Source: a virus
Lineage: Duplodnaviria > Caudoviricetes
DNA length: 28,543 bases
Virus record (IMG/VR): IMGVR_UViG_3300044674_000258
Location: 1-28,543 of that record
Strand: one strand, 5' to 3'
Shown piece by piece: positions 15,584 through 24,350 of the stretch. A program made the position numbers and the translations under genes. Positions within the stretch are counted from its first letter, which is position 1. The number at the start of each line of letters is the position of its first letter. The notes under the pieces are model-generated. The model saw only the letters and a list, made by a program, of their open reading frames with translations. It made no database searches and was not told the origin of the DNA.

Positions 15584-18500
15584 CTAGTCTCCGATCGACA
15601 CTTGGGCCGTGATGTTCAGTAGGTTGGCAGGAGCAGCGCCCGTGGCTTCCACCACGATCTGACCCTCCTCATCCCAAGTAGACGGGACACTTGTGCGGAA
15701 CTCGCCCGTCTTGAGTTCCGTGTTGCTCAGTTCCGAGACAGGCTTCGTGCCCGCCTCGTCCATCCCAACCTGCAACGCGCCCGTGTCCTCCACGCGCACG
15801 AAGACTTGGTTGACGCTCTTGGTCCTTCCCTGCGCCCCAGCCTCAATCTCCAAGCTCATCGGCAAGGTCTTGGCCTGCGACGTGTAAGCCATCCCAGCGC
15901 AGACCTTGACCGCGTAGTCCGTCAGCGTGATCTCACCGCTTGAGTTGACGGTCAACGTCTCCTGGGTCACACCGTCCGCGAGCACCGTCACAGACTTACT
16001 GGCAAGGTGCGAGTAGCCCGAGAAGGTCTTGCGCGCCCAAGCCCAAGCCGTGGTCTTGGTGTTCTTCAACGCATCCGGCCAGTCTGTGAGCAACTTGCCC
16101 GTAAAGTAGGTCTGGTTGCCAACATCCGTCTCGAACTTGAGACGATACTTCTGGCCGCCGGACGTGAACTCCAAGACATCGCCCTCGTCCTCGCTGCTGA
16201 ACAACCCCTTGCGGGTGAAAGGTCCAGTCGGGTCGCTGTCGTAAGCCGTGACCGTGACCGTGTCGCCAGCCTTGTAGAGCCCCGTGCTGAACACCTCGAA
16301 CTGCGCGTTCGTGTCCGTGTTCGTGCCGTCGTAACTGACGCTCGCGTCCAGGTAGACAGCGTCCTCCAGCGCCTCCTCACGGACCTGCACGATCCGCTCT
16401 ACCGACCTGTCATCGCCGCGCTTCACGACGACGTAGAGGTTGTCGTAGTCGCCCTCTGAGATGCTACAGACGCTCTCTACAGCGCCGTCAGTCTCATGCT
16501 GGTGCCATGCCAGCACCCGCTCCTCGGGGATGTAGGTGAGGCACAGGAGCTTGCCGCTGCTCGACACGAACCAGAGCACCGGGACCGGAGCCTTGGAGTA
16601 GGCCAAGTCGTTGAGGGTGAACCCGTCGAACAAGTGCGCGGCGCGCAAGGACAAGTCACCCGTCAGATAGCCCTGGCTTTCAACACGGAAGTTCAACTCC
16701 CGCGCATGGCCGCCTCTAGCGGAGCAGAAGACAACTGAGTTGTTGACTACCTGAGGGTGAACACTGTTGCTGCCGATGTAGGACTGCTGGCGGATGGCGA
16801 TGGTGTTCGGCGTAATCGCGTCGCTGTTGATCGCGGTCACGCGGAACTCGCCCTGCTGCGTCATCATCAGCAAGTCCTGAACCGGCACGATGTGGCGGAT
16901 GACGTGCGCCTCGCGAGACGCTAGGTCAACCGAGATGCGGTCGTCAGGCTGGACAGGGAAGCGGTAGGAGAACGAAGACTCCGTCCCCGTCCGGCTCATA
17001 AACAGCGTGCGAGGCAGTGCGTCAGAGCCACCGAAACAACGACGCTGCTCGAAGCGGGCAGAGGCGCGAGGCTGGAAGCTCGCGTCAACCTCGTCGTCCT
17101 TGACAAGCAAGGTTTGAGAGAGGTCAGGGCCGATGTTGTCGTCCTCAAAAGAGTAACTGACCGCGCCCTCCTCAAAGTCAACCTGACCGATGAAGCCGAA
17201 CGTGCCGTTGAACTTCTTGTAGACGTTGTAGCTCTTGGCACCGGGAACTGAGGTCCAAGAGACGGTGTTGCTTGCACCGGGTGAAGCCAAGACGTTGTCC
17301 TCGAACAACAGTTCTTCGGAGCCGAACGACTCTTGGCCTCTCTGGTCTACAGCCGTGACAACGTAGGTCTCGTCAGGGTTGGCAGTGCTGACGGAGTAGT
17401 AGACAAAAGCGTCAGAGATGTCTTCTGTTCCAATAGGAACAATAGCGCCTGAAGCACTTAGTAGTTGGATTTCAGAAATGCCAGCACTGTTCGCAATCGC
17501 CGTAACAAAGCCAACAGTGTAGTAGCCGCTTGCAAGGTTGCCTTGGTTTCTCAGGTAGATGTTGTCGCCAATGGCAAAAGGCGCAGCGGCTCCCGTGCTG
17601 AACACGAGTTTGTCATTGGGTGCATCTCCCGTTACCGAGTAAGCCTGACCACGGTTAATGGTCGGAGAGCCTAGGACTGGAGCCGGGAGCAACGGGTCGA
17701 ACTCGATGGCCGAGATGTCCCAGTTCGTGTTGGCGTAGCGGCGTAGTTCCTGCGGAGGATGGCTCGGATGCGTCAGCGTGACCACGTCGCCCGACTGGTC
17801 GTATTCGATGTCGAACAGTTCCGATTCTTGGAACGGAGTCGGAATGCTGAACGTGCCGTCGTCTTCTAGTTCGGTCGTGTTGGGGGCGACATCGCCAGCC
17901 CAGTCGTCATTCCAAGGGCTGCCGAAGTCTTCAGAAACACGGAAGACTCTGTATTGGCTCTGTGCAGGAATGAAGCCCTGGTCGGTAGCCCAGATCAGGT
18001 CGCCCTTCTGGTGATACTGGCGGATGAAGATGTTGTTGCCAGACGCGCCTGGAAGGTTGGAGGCTGCGCGAATCTCTGCATCGTCTACCCAAGTGTCTGG
18101 CGCAAGAGAGGTTTCGGTGCCTACGTATTCCTGTTTGGTGCGGAGGCCAAACCTTTGGTTCGTGCAGGAAGCCCCAGAACTACCAAAGTAGTCTACCCAC
18201 AAAGGATGCGGGATGCCGGGCAGGCGCACCGCCACGTTAGGGCTGGCTTCGTATACAAGTTCTACCCGCTCTCCTTGATGAAACTTGTTGGTGCCGGGAG
18301 GGGTAGTGCCATTCGTAAACTGGATGCAGAACTGCGAACCTGTCTGTGCACGCCACAAGGAGGAGGCTGTCGAGGTTGTGATTCTGCTCCACGTCTTGAA
18401 GACGCGAGCCGGGCCGACGTAGCCGTCTTGTGTCCCGCGCTTGAACACAAAGAACCGGAACCCTGTGCTGCCTAAAGACGTGATCGGCACCACGCTGCCG

Positions 18501-19021
18501 CCTGCCGCATCCAAGACTTGGATCGTGCGGCTGTCTACGACGCTGACATGGTAGTTGTTGTCAGGGTTCGTGAACGGCGCAGGCAAGGCGAGCCTTGGCG
18601 TGCCGCTGCCAGTTGTCGCTCTGGCGTAGAAGACGATAGGCTCGTCGTCCAACAGGCCATGCTCAGACAAGAACGTGATCTTGTTGGCTGCGATGTCATC
18701 ACGGCTGAACTCCTTGAAGTCAGCCCAGACAACCGTGCCTCCGCCCGTGTGAAACCGCGCCTTCTCGTTAGAAAGCTCAACCGCAAGCTGCTGGTCCACC
18801 GAGTAGGTGAACGGGATCAGGCGGGTCTGCTGCGTGCTGTCTAACGTGCTCGCTACACGCTGCATCCCAGGACGCCGACGCAGGCTACCCCTTGGGTCCA
18901 CGATCCAGTTCTTGCAGGTCGCAAGGCCAGACTGATACTGCGGCGAGTCGATCCGCCCATACATCTGGGTGTCGATCTCACCGCCCGAGAACGCCAACTG
19001 GAGCTTGCGAGTCTTCGGCAT
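15584..19021 (-). CDS. Tail tubular protein B / nozzle (T7 gp12, P22 gp10-like) with inserted beta-domains
   Basis: Q.AFSGGEI...MYGRID...Y..GL..C.N....P.G...RRPG, RLIPF, QSGDV....HP..PPQELRR, F.QRR.FGG, GDLS..A.HL, AWHQHETDG, YLDA, GRTK. Confidence 0.92.
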   Translation of the reverse strand: MPKTRKLQLAFSGGEIDTQMYGRIDSPQYQSGLATCKNWIVDPRGSLRRRPGMQRVASTLDSTQQTRLIPFTYSVDQQLAVELSNEKARFHTGGGTVVWADFKEFSRDDIAANKITFLSEHGLLDDEPIVFYARATTGSGTPRLALPAPFTNPDNNYHVSVVDSRTIQVLDAAGGSVVPITSLGSTGFRFFVFKRGTQDGYVGPARVFKTWSRITTSTASSLWRAQTGSQFCIQFTNGTTPPGTNKFHQGERVELVYEASPNVAVRLPGIPHPLWVDYFGSSGASCTNQRFGLRTKQEYVGTETSLAPDTWVDDAEIRAASNLPGASGNNIFIRQYHQKGDLIWATDQGFIPAQSQYRVFRVSEDFGSPWNDDWAGDVAPNTTELEDDGTFSIPTPFQESELFDIEYDQSGDVVTLTHPSHPPQELRRYANTNWDISAIEFDPLLPAPVLGSPTINRGQAYSVTGDAPNDKLVFSTGAAAPFAIGDNIYLRNQGNLASGYYTVGFVTAIANSAGISEIQLLSASGAIVPIGTEDISDAFVYYSVSTANPDETYVVTAVDQRGQESFGSEELLFEDNVLASPGASNTVSWTSVPGAKSYNVYKKFNGTFGFIGQVDFEEGAVSYSFEDDNIGPDLSQTLLVKDDEVDASFQPRASARFEQRRCFGGSDALPRTLFMSRTGTESSFSYRFPVQPDDRISVDLASREAHVIRHIVPVQDLLMMTQQGEFRVTAINSDAITPNTIAIRQQSYIGSNSVHPQVVNNSVVFCSARGGHARELNFRVESQGYLTGDLSLRAAHLFDGFTLNDLAYSKAPVPVLWFVSSSGKLLCLTYIPEERVLAWHQHETDGAVESVCSISEGDYDNLYVVVKRGDDRSVERIVQVREEALEDAVYLDASVSYDGTNTDTNAQFEVFSTGLYKAGDTVTVTAYDSDPTGPFTRKGLFSSEDEGDVLEFTSGGQKYRLKFETDVGNQTYFTGKLLTDWPDALKNTKTTAWAWARKTFSGYSHLASKSVTVLADGVTQETLTVNSSGEITLTDYAVKVCAGMAYTSQAKTLPMSLEIEAGAQGRTKSVNQVFVRVEDTGALQVGMDEAGTKPVSELSNTELKTGEFRTSVPSTWDEEGQIVVEATGAAPANLLNITAQVSIGD

Positions 19022-19023
19022 CT

Positions 19024-22000
19024 CTAGCGATCCCAGGGGTTGGTGTTGGTGTCAACGACCGGCTTCTCACGGGTCGTGCGGCTGTCGAATGCTGCCGCCC
19101 GCTGAGAGTAGAACTCAGCCATCTGCGAGGCGTTCCGCACCGCTGCTATGCCCTCGTCACCCTTGATGAGCGTGCCCGCTAACATACTGGCCAGTTGCCA
19201 CGAGACCGCGTGGACGAACATCTGGCTGAACTTGGTCGAGTCCGTGATCTTGGCTTGGTAGCGCAAGACCGCGTCTCCCAAGTCGGTGTAGAGGATGCGG
19301 TCTAGGTCGGAGTTCGCCTCGATCGCGAAAGGCTTCGGCGCAATGCTGCCTTCCGTGGTCTGATCGTCCGTCGAGTCCTTCGGGATGACCGCGATGACGC
19401 CCGCGAAGTTGCTGGGGAGTCGGTAGGCGAAATCCCACTCAGTCCTGCCACTTGCGCTAAGGGCAGTAAGAGAGACTTGCCGAATGGTGAAGTCCCAACG
19501 GTGGCGCTCCAGCAACATATCTCTAGCCAGAGGGTAGTAACGAGCGCAGAGATCGGCTTGGTGGCTTCCATCGCTTGGGTTGATGTTGGTGACCGTCGCC
19601 TTGTCCCCGATGTAGGACAGCGCGAGGTTGCAGATGTCTACCTCCTTGGAGCCAACCTGTTCGATCTGCTTCCAAGCGTCGTAAGTCCGGTCGCCTAGCG
19701 TGTTCATGCTCGCGCCGTCGTAGTGCTGGCCGTCATGCAGGACGAGGTCCGAGACATCGAGCGTCCGGCTGTAAGGATCTTCGTCAGCCAGCGTCTGGAT
19801 CGCAGCGTTGACCGTTGAGGCGTAGGGCCACGCAGACACCTCTTTGATCTTCGGGTGGATGAACGGGATCTTGTCTACGTCCAGAGTCGTCAAGCTACGG
19901 CTCTTGATCTCCTCGCGGATCGCCGCCTTGAGCTTGCGGGCAGAGTCCTCGTAGTTGTTGGCAAGACGCTCGTTGGAGGCGTCAGCCTCGCCCTGCGCCC
20001 AGAAGACCCCGACGCACTCGCCTGTGTTTCCCTCCTTCTCGAAGGCGATCTTGATGGCGTCCAGAACGTCTTGGAGGCGACCGAAGCAGTTGTTGGGCTC
20101 GCCGCGAGACCAAGAGATCTGTTGGTTCACATCGAACCAACCATGCGATGCGTCGGTGGCCTGACCCGCAGCGACCTCCTTGTGCCCGATGCTCGTGCCA
20201 GACATGGCGCAGACGGCAAGGTTCAGAACCTCGCCGTAGTGCTCGTGCATCCGGTAACCCAGCGTCGTGTGGAACGAGATGCCGGGGAACTTGTAGAGGT
20301 AAGCCTCGCCGTCAAACGGCTGATACTGGCGAGGGATCGCGTAGTGGTTCGGGTAGTTGAAGCCCGGAGGGTAGGGGTTCGACTTGCCTTCTTCGTCTAG
20401 GAAGTAGATCGAGTGGATGCCGGTGCCAATCCCTCCCCCGTCCCCCTGAATCGGAGTCGTGCCGCTGTAGGCAGACTTGATCTTCCACTCCGTCAACAAG
20501 CCCAAACCGAGATAAGTGCCGACAGACTCGATGTAGTATTCGCGACCTGGGACCAGAGGCGTAGGCAGTTCACCGCTTGTGTAGAACTGGCACTTGGCTC
20601 CGGGCAAAGCGTAGAACGCGCTGTCAATGCCTCTGGGGCCAGAGGCAATAGCAGTCTCCGTGATCGTCAGGTCTCCTTCGGAACCAGACGTGATAAGCAC
20701 GTTGTTCCACGGACCCGCGTAGCCTGCGCTGCCCTCAAAGGGGCACCACGGCAGCCACATCGCCCACTGCTTGTAGCTGGCTGCTTGGTCTTGGACTTCG
20801 ATGACGAAGCGGTCGCCGTCCGCTGGAGCAGTATCCCATGTGTCGCAACTGACCTCGGACTTGACGCCGCCCGTGGTCAAATACACGTCGCCAAGGTTCT
20901 TGGCTACGCCGACGTTCTCAGGCGCAGTCGCAGACTCTACGCATCGCGCCTGCAAGCCAGCCAAACTGCCCCGCTCGATGGGCTGCAACTTGAGTTGCAG
21001 GTCGTTGAAGTGCGGGATGGTGCTGACGACCGTGCTGTCTCGGCCAGAACTAGCGTCTGCTTTGATCTCCGTGCCGCTGACTTTGGCAGAGATAAAGAAG
21101 GTTGCGTAGGAGTCTCTGCGCGTGACGGTGCAAGCCCCGCCGCCACTTTCGCTCATGCTTACGCTAACAGGCGTGCCATCAATCCTTGAGAACAGACGGA
21201 AGATGTTGGGCAGCGTGATGGTGGAACTGTCGCCGCCAGCGTCTGTTGCCCACAGAACTTGGTTGCTAAACGTGCCGCCGCTGTAGGTCTCATACAGCTT
21301 GAACTCGTTGTCGTTAATGCGTTCAACGTAGTAAGCCTCCGAGTCTACAACCGGATCGTTGGAGCCTCCTGAGGGCAGTGTTGAGCCGTTGCTGAAGACC
21401 ACGATGTCGCCATCGCTCAGGCCATGATCGGTTAACGTGATGACGTTAGCGGTAGTATTCCAAGACGCTGCGACGAGACTGATCTCGTTGTCCACGTAGT
21501 AGGTCGTGTCCGCAGAAACCCCTGTCGGAAGCGTTCCGCTGAACTGGACCGCCTCCTTGTGACCTAAACCGTGCGCCGACTTCTTGATCTGGCTGTTGTC
21601 CTCATCCCAGTCGTCAGCCGCGATCGCCACAGCCTCCTCCGCCGACGCATGGCGCGTGACGTAGTAGTTGGTGTCTACAGCAATCGTTGAGATGTCGGCG
21701 GTAGAGCCCGTTGTCCCGTTCGTGAACTGGATGACATCACCGACCTTGACCTTGCGGGCGCGGCAGGTGACGCGAGCAGCAGTCTTGGCTCCCGCAGCGT
21801 CTCGGATCTGAGAAATGTAGGAGGCGTAGGCAGCAGGCAGAGTCCCGTCGATGGCAACGTCGCCGTTGACGATGGCACCGTCTCCGGTGTCCTCGTTCTG
21901 AGTCGTGAAGTTGACGCCCCCGAACTTGTTCTTGAAGACTAGCCTTTCTGTCGTGGACCCAGCGTCAGTCTCGACCTCGAAGGTAAACTGCTCCCCTACC

Positions 22001-22563
22001 TCTGGGGCAGGGATCATCGGCGGATCAATCGTGATCTCGTTCGTGTCTGCCGTCGTCGAGGTGATGTCATGCACCTCGTTGGTCCGCTGCCGCGTGATCT
22101 TGAGACCGATCGGGTTAGCCGTGAAGCGGATGCTGGTCTTGAGCGTCGTCGCCGTAGACCCAGCCTTGATCGAACCCGTGCCAGGATACGTCGAAGTCGT
22201 GCCCTGCTTGGTGAACAGGCCGAACTGGCTAGGAGTCGGATCGTAGAACGTCAGGTAGCGGATCGCCTGCGACGCAACACCACGGACGTTGGCGGTCTGC
22301 CATGCCCCGTGGTTGATCTCGTCCGAAGCATCCCCGTAGTTCTCGCCGTCCCCCTTCACGTCCGTCTGAGGCCCGCCCAGGAACGTGTAGGGCATTTGCA
22401 GAACGTCGTTGTAGGGACCGACCGAGTAGGACGGTGCCAACGCAGGATTGGTCTGCGGGCTCCTGAGAGCCAAGTAGGGGTTGAGGTCTTCCCAGTCTTG
22501 GACGGGAGCTACCTCAAGCGCGTTGCTCTGTCCGGCAACGAGGATGAACTTTCTGACGGCCAC
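19024..22563 (-). CDS. Tail tubular protein A / adaptor (C-terminal ~205 aa) fused to a split SGNH (sialate O-acetylesterase-like) esterase
   Basis: C-terminus EVDICNLALSYIG...CARYYP.ARD..LE.H.WDF...W.FAY.LP...F...F..A....LA is an adaptor signature. Esterase blocks are AGQSNA (res 10-15), AMSGTS, FWAQGEAD and DGQHY. Confidence 0.88.
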   Translation of the reverse strand: MAVRKFILVAGQSNALEVAPVQDWEDLNPYLALRSPQTNPALAPSYSVGPYNDVLQMPYTFLGGPQTDVKGDGENYGDASDEINHGAWQTANVRGVASQAIRYLTFYDPTPSQFGLFTKQGTTSTYPGTGSIKAGSTATTLKTSIRFTANPIGLKITRQRTNEVHDITSTTADTNEITIDPPMIPAPEVGEQFTFEVETDAGSTTERLVFKNKFGGVNFTTQNEDTGDGAIVNGDVAIDGTLPAAYASYISQIRDAAGAKTAARVTCRARKVKVGDVIQFTNGTTGSTADISTIAVDTNYYVTRHASAEEAVAIAADDWDEDNSQIKKSAHGLGHKEAVQFSGTLPTGVSADTTYYVDNEISLVAASWNTTANVITLTDHGLSDGDIVVFSNGSTLPSGGSNDPVVDSEAYYVERINDNEFKLYETYSGGTFSNQVLWATDAGGDSSTITLPNIFRLFSRIDGTPVSVSMSESGGGACTVTRRDSYATFFISAKVSGTEIKADASSGRDSTVVSTIPHFNDLQLKLQPIERGSLAGLQARCVESATAPENVGVAKNLGDVYLTTGGVKSEVSCDTWDTAPADGDRFVIEVQDQAASYKQWAMWLPWCPFEGSAGYAGPWNNVLITSGSEGDLTITETAIASGPRGIDSAFYALPGAKCQFYTSGELPTPLVPGREYYIESVGTYLGLGLLTEWKIKSAYSGTTPIQGDGGGIGTGIHSIYFLDEEGKSNPYPPGFNYPNHYAIPRQYQPFDGEAYLYKFPGISFHTTLGYRMHEHYGEVLNLAVCAMSGTSIGHKEVAAGQATDASHGWFDVNQQISWSRGEPNNCFGRLQDVLDAIKIAFEKEGNTGECVGVFWAQGEADASNERLANNYEDSARKLKAAIREEIKSRSLTTLDVDKIPFIHPKIKEVSAWPYASTVNAAIQTLADEDPYSRTLDVSDLVLHDGQHYDGASMNTLGDRTYDAWKQIEQVGSKEVDICNLALSYIGDKATVTNINPSDGSHQADLCARYYPLARDMLLERHRWDFTIRQVSLTALSASGRTEWDFAYRLPSNFAGVIAVIPKDSTDDQTTEGSIAPKPFAIEANSDLDRILYTDLGDAVLRYQAKITDSTKFSQMFVHAVSWQLASMLAGTLIKGDEGIAAVRNASQMAEFYSQRAAAFDSRTTREKPVVDTNTNPWDR

Positions 22564-22578
22564 GGGCTTACCTCAAGT

Positions 22579-22628
22579 AGCCGCCGTCAGGTATAGCGCG
22601 GGGGCGGCGGCTGCAACCCCCGCACTAT
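22579..22628 (-). promoter_or_regulatory. Predicted H-type RNA pseudoknot between head and tail genes
   Basis: Minus strand: S1 ATAGTGCGGGGG/CCCCCGCGCTAT; the loop segment AGCCGCCG is complementary to CGGCGGCT, 6 nt 3' of the stem. Confidence 0.6.
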
Positions 22629-22633
22629 TCGGA

Positions 22634-22840
22634 TCAGGCTTCCGCCTTTTCCTGAGCCGGAAGCGGTTCAGGCTTCGGCTGCTTCTTCGGGCGTCCAGGG
22701 CCACGCTTGGCCTGGGCCTTCGGCTCTTCAACTTGCTTCATCCAAGATGCGTTGAAGTGGCGGGCGTCCACCTCGAACTCGTCGCCGGGTTTCCAGCGAC
22801 GAGATCCGTAGACGCCCTTAGAAGTAGCCTTGACCTTCAT
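22634..22840 (-). CDS. Small capsid-operon protein with AT-hook-like motif
   Basis: MKVKA...G.YG.....PGDEFEV.......SWM followed by KRGPGRPKK. TGATG coupling to the cement gene. Confidence 0.8.
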   Translation of the reverse strand: MKVKATSKGVYGSRRWKPGDEFEVDARHFNASWMKQVEEPKAQAKRGPGRPKKQPKPEPLPAQEKAEA

Positions 22841-23301
22841 CAGACGTTGACGCGGGTGTTGGTCGAGGTCCAGTTGGTCACGTCCTTCGTGATGAAGGCG
22901 TTGATCGCGCCTGCCGTTACGTTGGCACCCGTAGCCGTTCCACGGATACCCAGGTATCGGTGATAGTCTTCGTTCGGAAGAGACGCAATAAAACGCTTGC
23001 CAACCGTGAAGTTGCCGATAGTAAGCGTGCCCGTCGTATAGATGTTCTTGGTCGTGCCGCCCGACAGAGCCGTCTCCGTAGACGTGGTCAAGTCCAACTT
23101 GTAGCTCGCGCCCGACCCGACAAACGCGGTCGTGACCTCGATCACGAGATAGATCGGCTCGCCACCCGACAAGTCAACAGTGGCGTTGTCACCCGTCAAA
23201 GGGTGAACGTCCTTGTGGTTTCCGAGCTTGGTGATGCCGTCACCAGTGTCAAGCGCGGCGCTAGCCGCGTCGCAGAACTCAAGGTTTGAGTCAATAAACA
23301 T
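22840..23301 (-). CDS. Capsid cement/decoration protein (Bbp16-like)
   Basis: MFID..LEF.DA...DL..GEPIYLVI.VTTAF...RYLG......TAGAINAFIT.D; immediately downstream of the major capsid gene, with RBS GGGAGG. Confidence 0.85.
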   Translation of the reverse strand: MFIDSNLEFCDAASAALDTGDGITKLGNHKDVHPLTGDNATVDLSGGEPIYLVIEVTTAFVGSGASYKLDLTTSTETALSGGTTKNIYTTGTLTIGNFTVGKRFIASLPNEDYHRYLGIRGTATGANVTAGAINAFITKDVTNWTSTNTRVNV

Positions 23302-23316
23302 GTGTGTGTCCTCCCG

Positions 23317-24339
23317 TTAGCTGATTCGGGTTTCGGTGAGGGTAAGGGCATCGACCTTGCGAATCGGGATGCCGTCGAAGGTCAGCGTGCTCTTGCCGCC
23401 GATCTCGTCCATGCCAAGCGTCGATTGCTTGACCTTGTTGACGAACTGCTTACGCAGCGTCTGCTTGACCTTGCGGTTGCAGTAGAACGAAGCGCGACCC
23501 GCGCTCAGGCTCGGGATCAGTTCGCAAGCGTCCGCCATCATCTCGGTAAGATCGGCGATGTTATTGGTCGCCGCATCAGCACCAAGGTTCGTGGCGTCGA
23601 TCTGCATCCGCACAATGTAACGCCAGTCGCGGACACTCAGGCCACAGCACCACTTGTAGTGGGTGCGGTAGGCTTCCATACGACCGCCACCGCTGCCGGT
23701 GGTGTCTTCGATGGTCACCTGACCCTTGTCTTCCTTGGACAGGCCCATCTGGCTGCCCTTGGAGTAGATGCCGTGACAGGTGTTCGGACCCCAGACCACA
23801 AGCCAGATGCTAGTGTTGTCGGTGCCCGACGCCGCTGCGCCGCCATAGTTGTTGTCCAGCAGGACGTTCTCGTAGCTTTCGGCAGCCGAGGAGTTGAAGC
23901 GCGGCAGGAAGCCGGTGAACTCTTCGGACGCCGTGCTTTCGTCGCCGTAGAACAGCGTGCTGGCGAACTCTTGGTTCATGCCCTCCAGGTGGGCCATGTC
24001 TTCCGACATGCGGAACGCAGCCGTGTTGCCGTTGAGGTCAGCCAGTTGCTTGTCCACTTCGGCGTAGGCTTCCATCATGCCGATGGTGTCCGTCACCTGG
24101 ACGGTCTCGCTCTTCGAGGGCTGGACGCCGCCGTACAGCTTGCGCCACGTCGGAGCCGGGAGGCCCGAGCGGATCGTGGTGCGGTGGCCGGTCTCAAGGT
24201 TGCCCTCAAGGTGGACCATGTCCTCAAGGACTTCGTTGGTTTGAGCGAGCGTCTCGACGATCGTCGCGATGCTCTTGTCAGGGTCTTGCCGCTTGGTGTA
24301 GTCAAGCAGCGTCGGGTGCGTAGTTGCACTTACAGGCAT
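23317..24339 (-). CDS. Major capsid protein (BPP-1 Bbp17-like, HK97 fold)
   Basis: TLLD..KR.DP...I..IVE.L.QTNE.L.DM...EGN..TGH.TT.R.GLP..TWRKLY.GV, TSIWLV.WG, GL.VRDWRY, F.GIPIR..DAL..TE. RBS GAGGAG. Confidence 0.95.
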   Translation of the reverse strand: MPVSATTHPTLLDYTKRQDPDKSIATIVETLAQTNEVLEDMVHLEGNLETGHRTTIRSGLPAPTWRKLYGGVQPSKSETVQVTDTIGMMEAYAEVDKQLADLNGNTAAFRMSEDMAHLEGMNQEFASTLFYGDESTASEEFTGFLPRFNSSAAESYENVLLDNNYGGAAASGTDNTSIWLVVWGPNTCHGIYSKGSQMGLSKEDKGQVTIEDTTGSGGGRMEAYRTHYKWCCGLSVRDWRYIVRMQIDATNLGADAATNNIADLTEMMADACELIPSLSAGRASFYCNRKVKQTLRKQFVNKVKQSTLGMDEIGGKSTLTFDGIPIRKVDALTLTETRIS

Positions 24340-24350
24340 GGGTTAACTCC

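Noticed and set aside
19630-19650. AAGGAGGT at the esterase/adaptor junction as an internal RBS
   Set aside because: No in-frame ATG/GTG/TTG at suitable spacing; explained by Lys-Glu-Val codons.
22564-22640. Readthrough or frameshift fusing the 68-aa protein to the adaptor via the pseudoknot
   Set aside because: An in-frame TAG follows two codons after the TGA, the adaptor frame has a TGA at 22575-22573, and there is no clear slippery heptamer.
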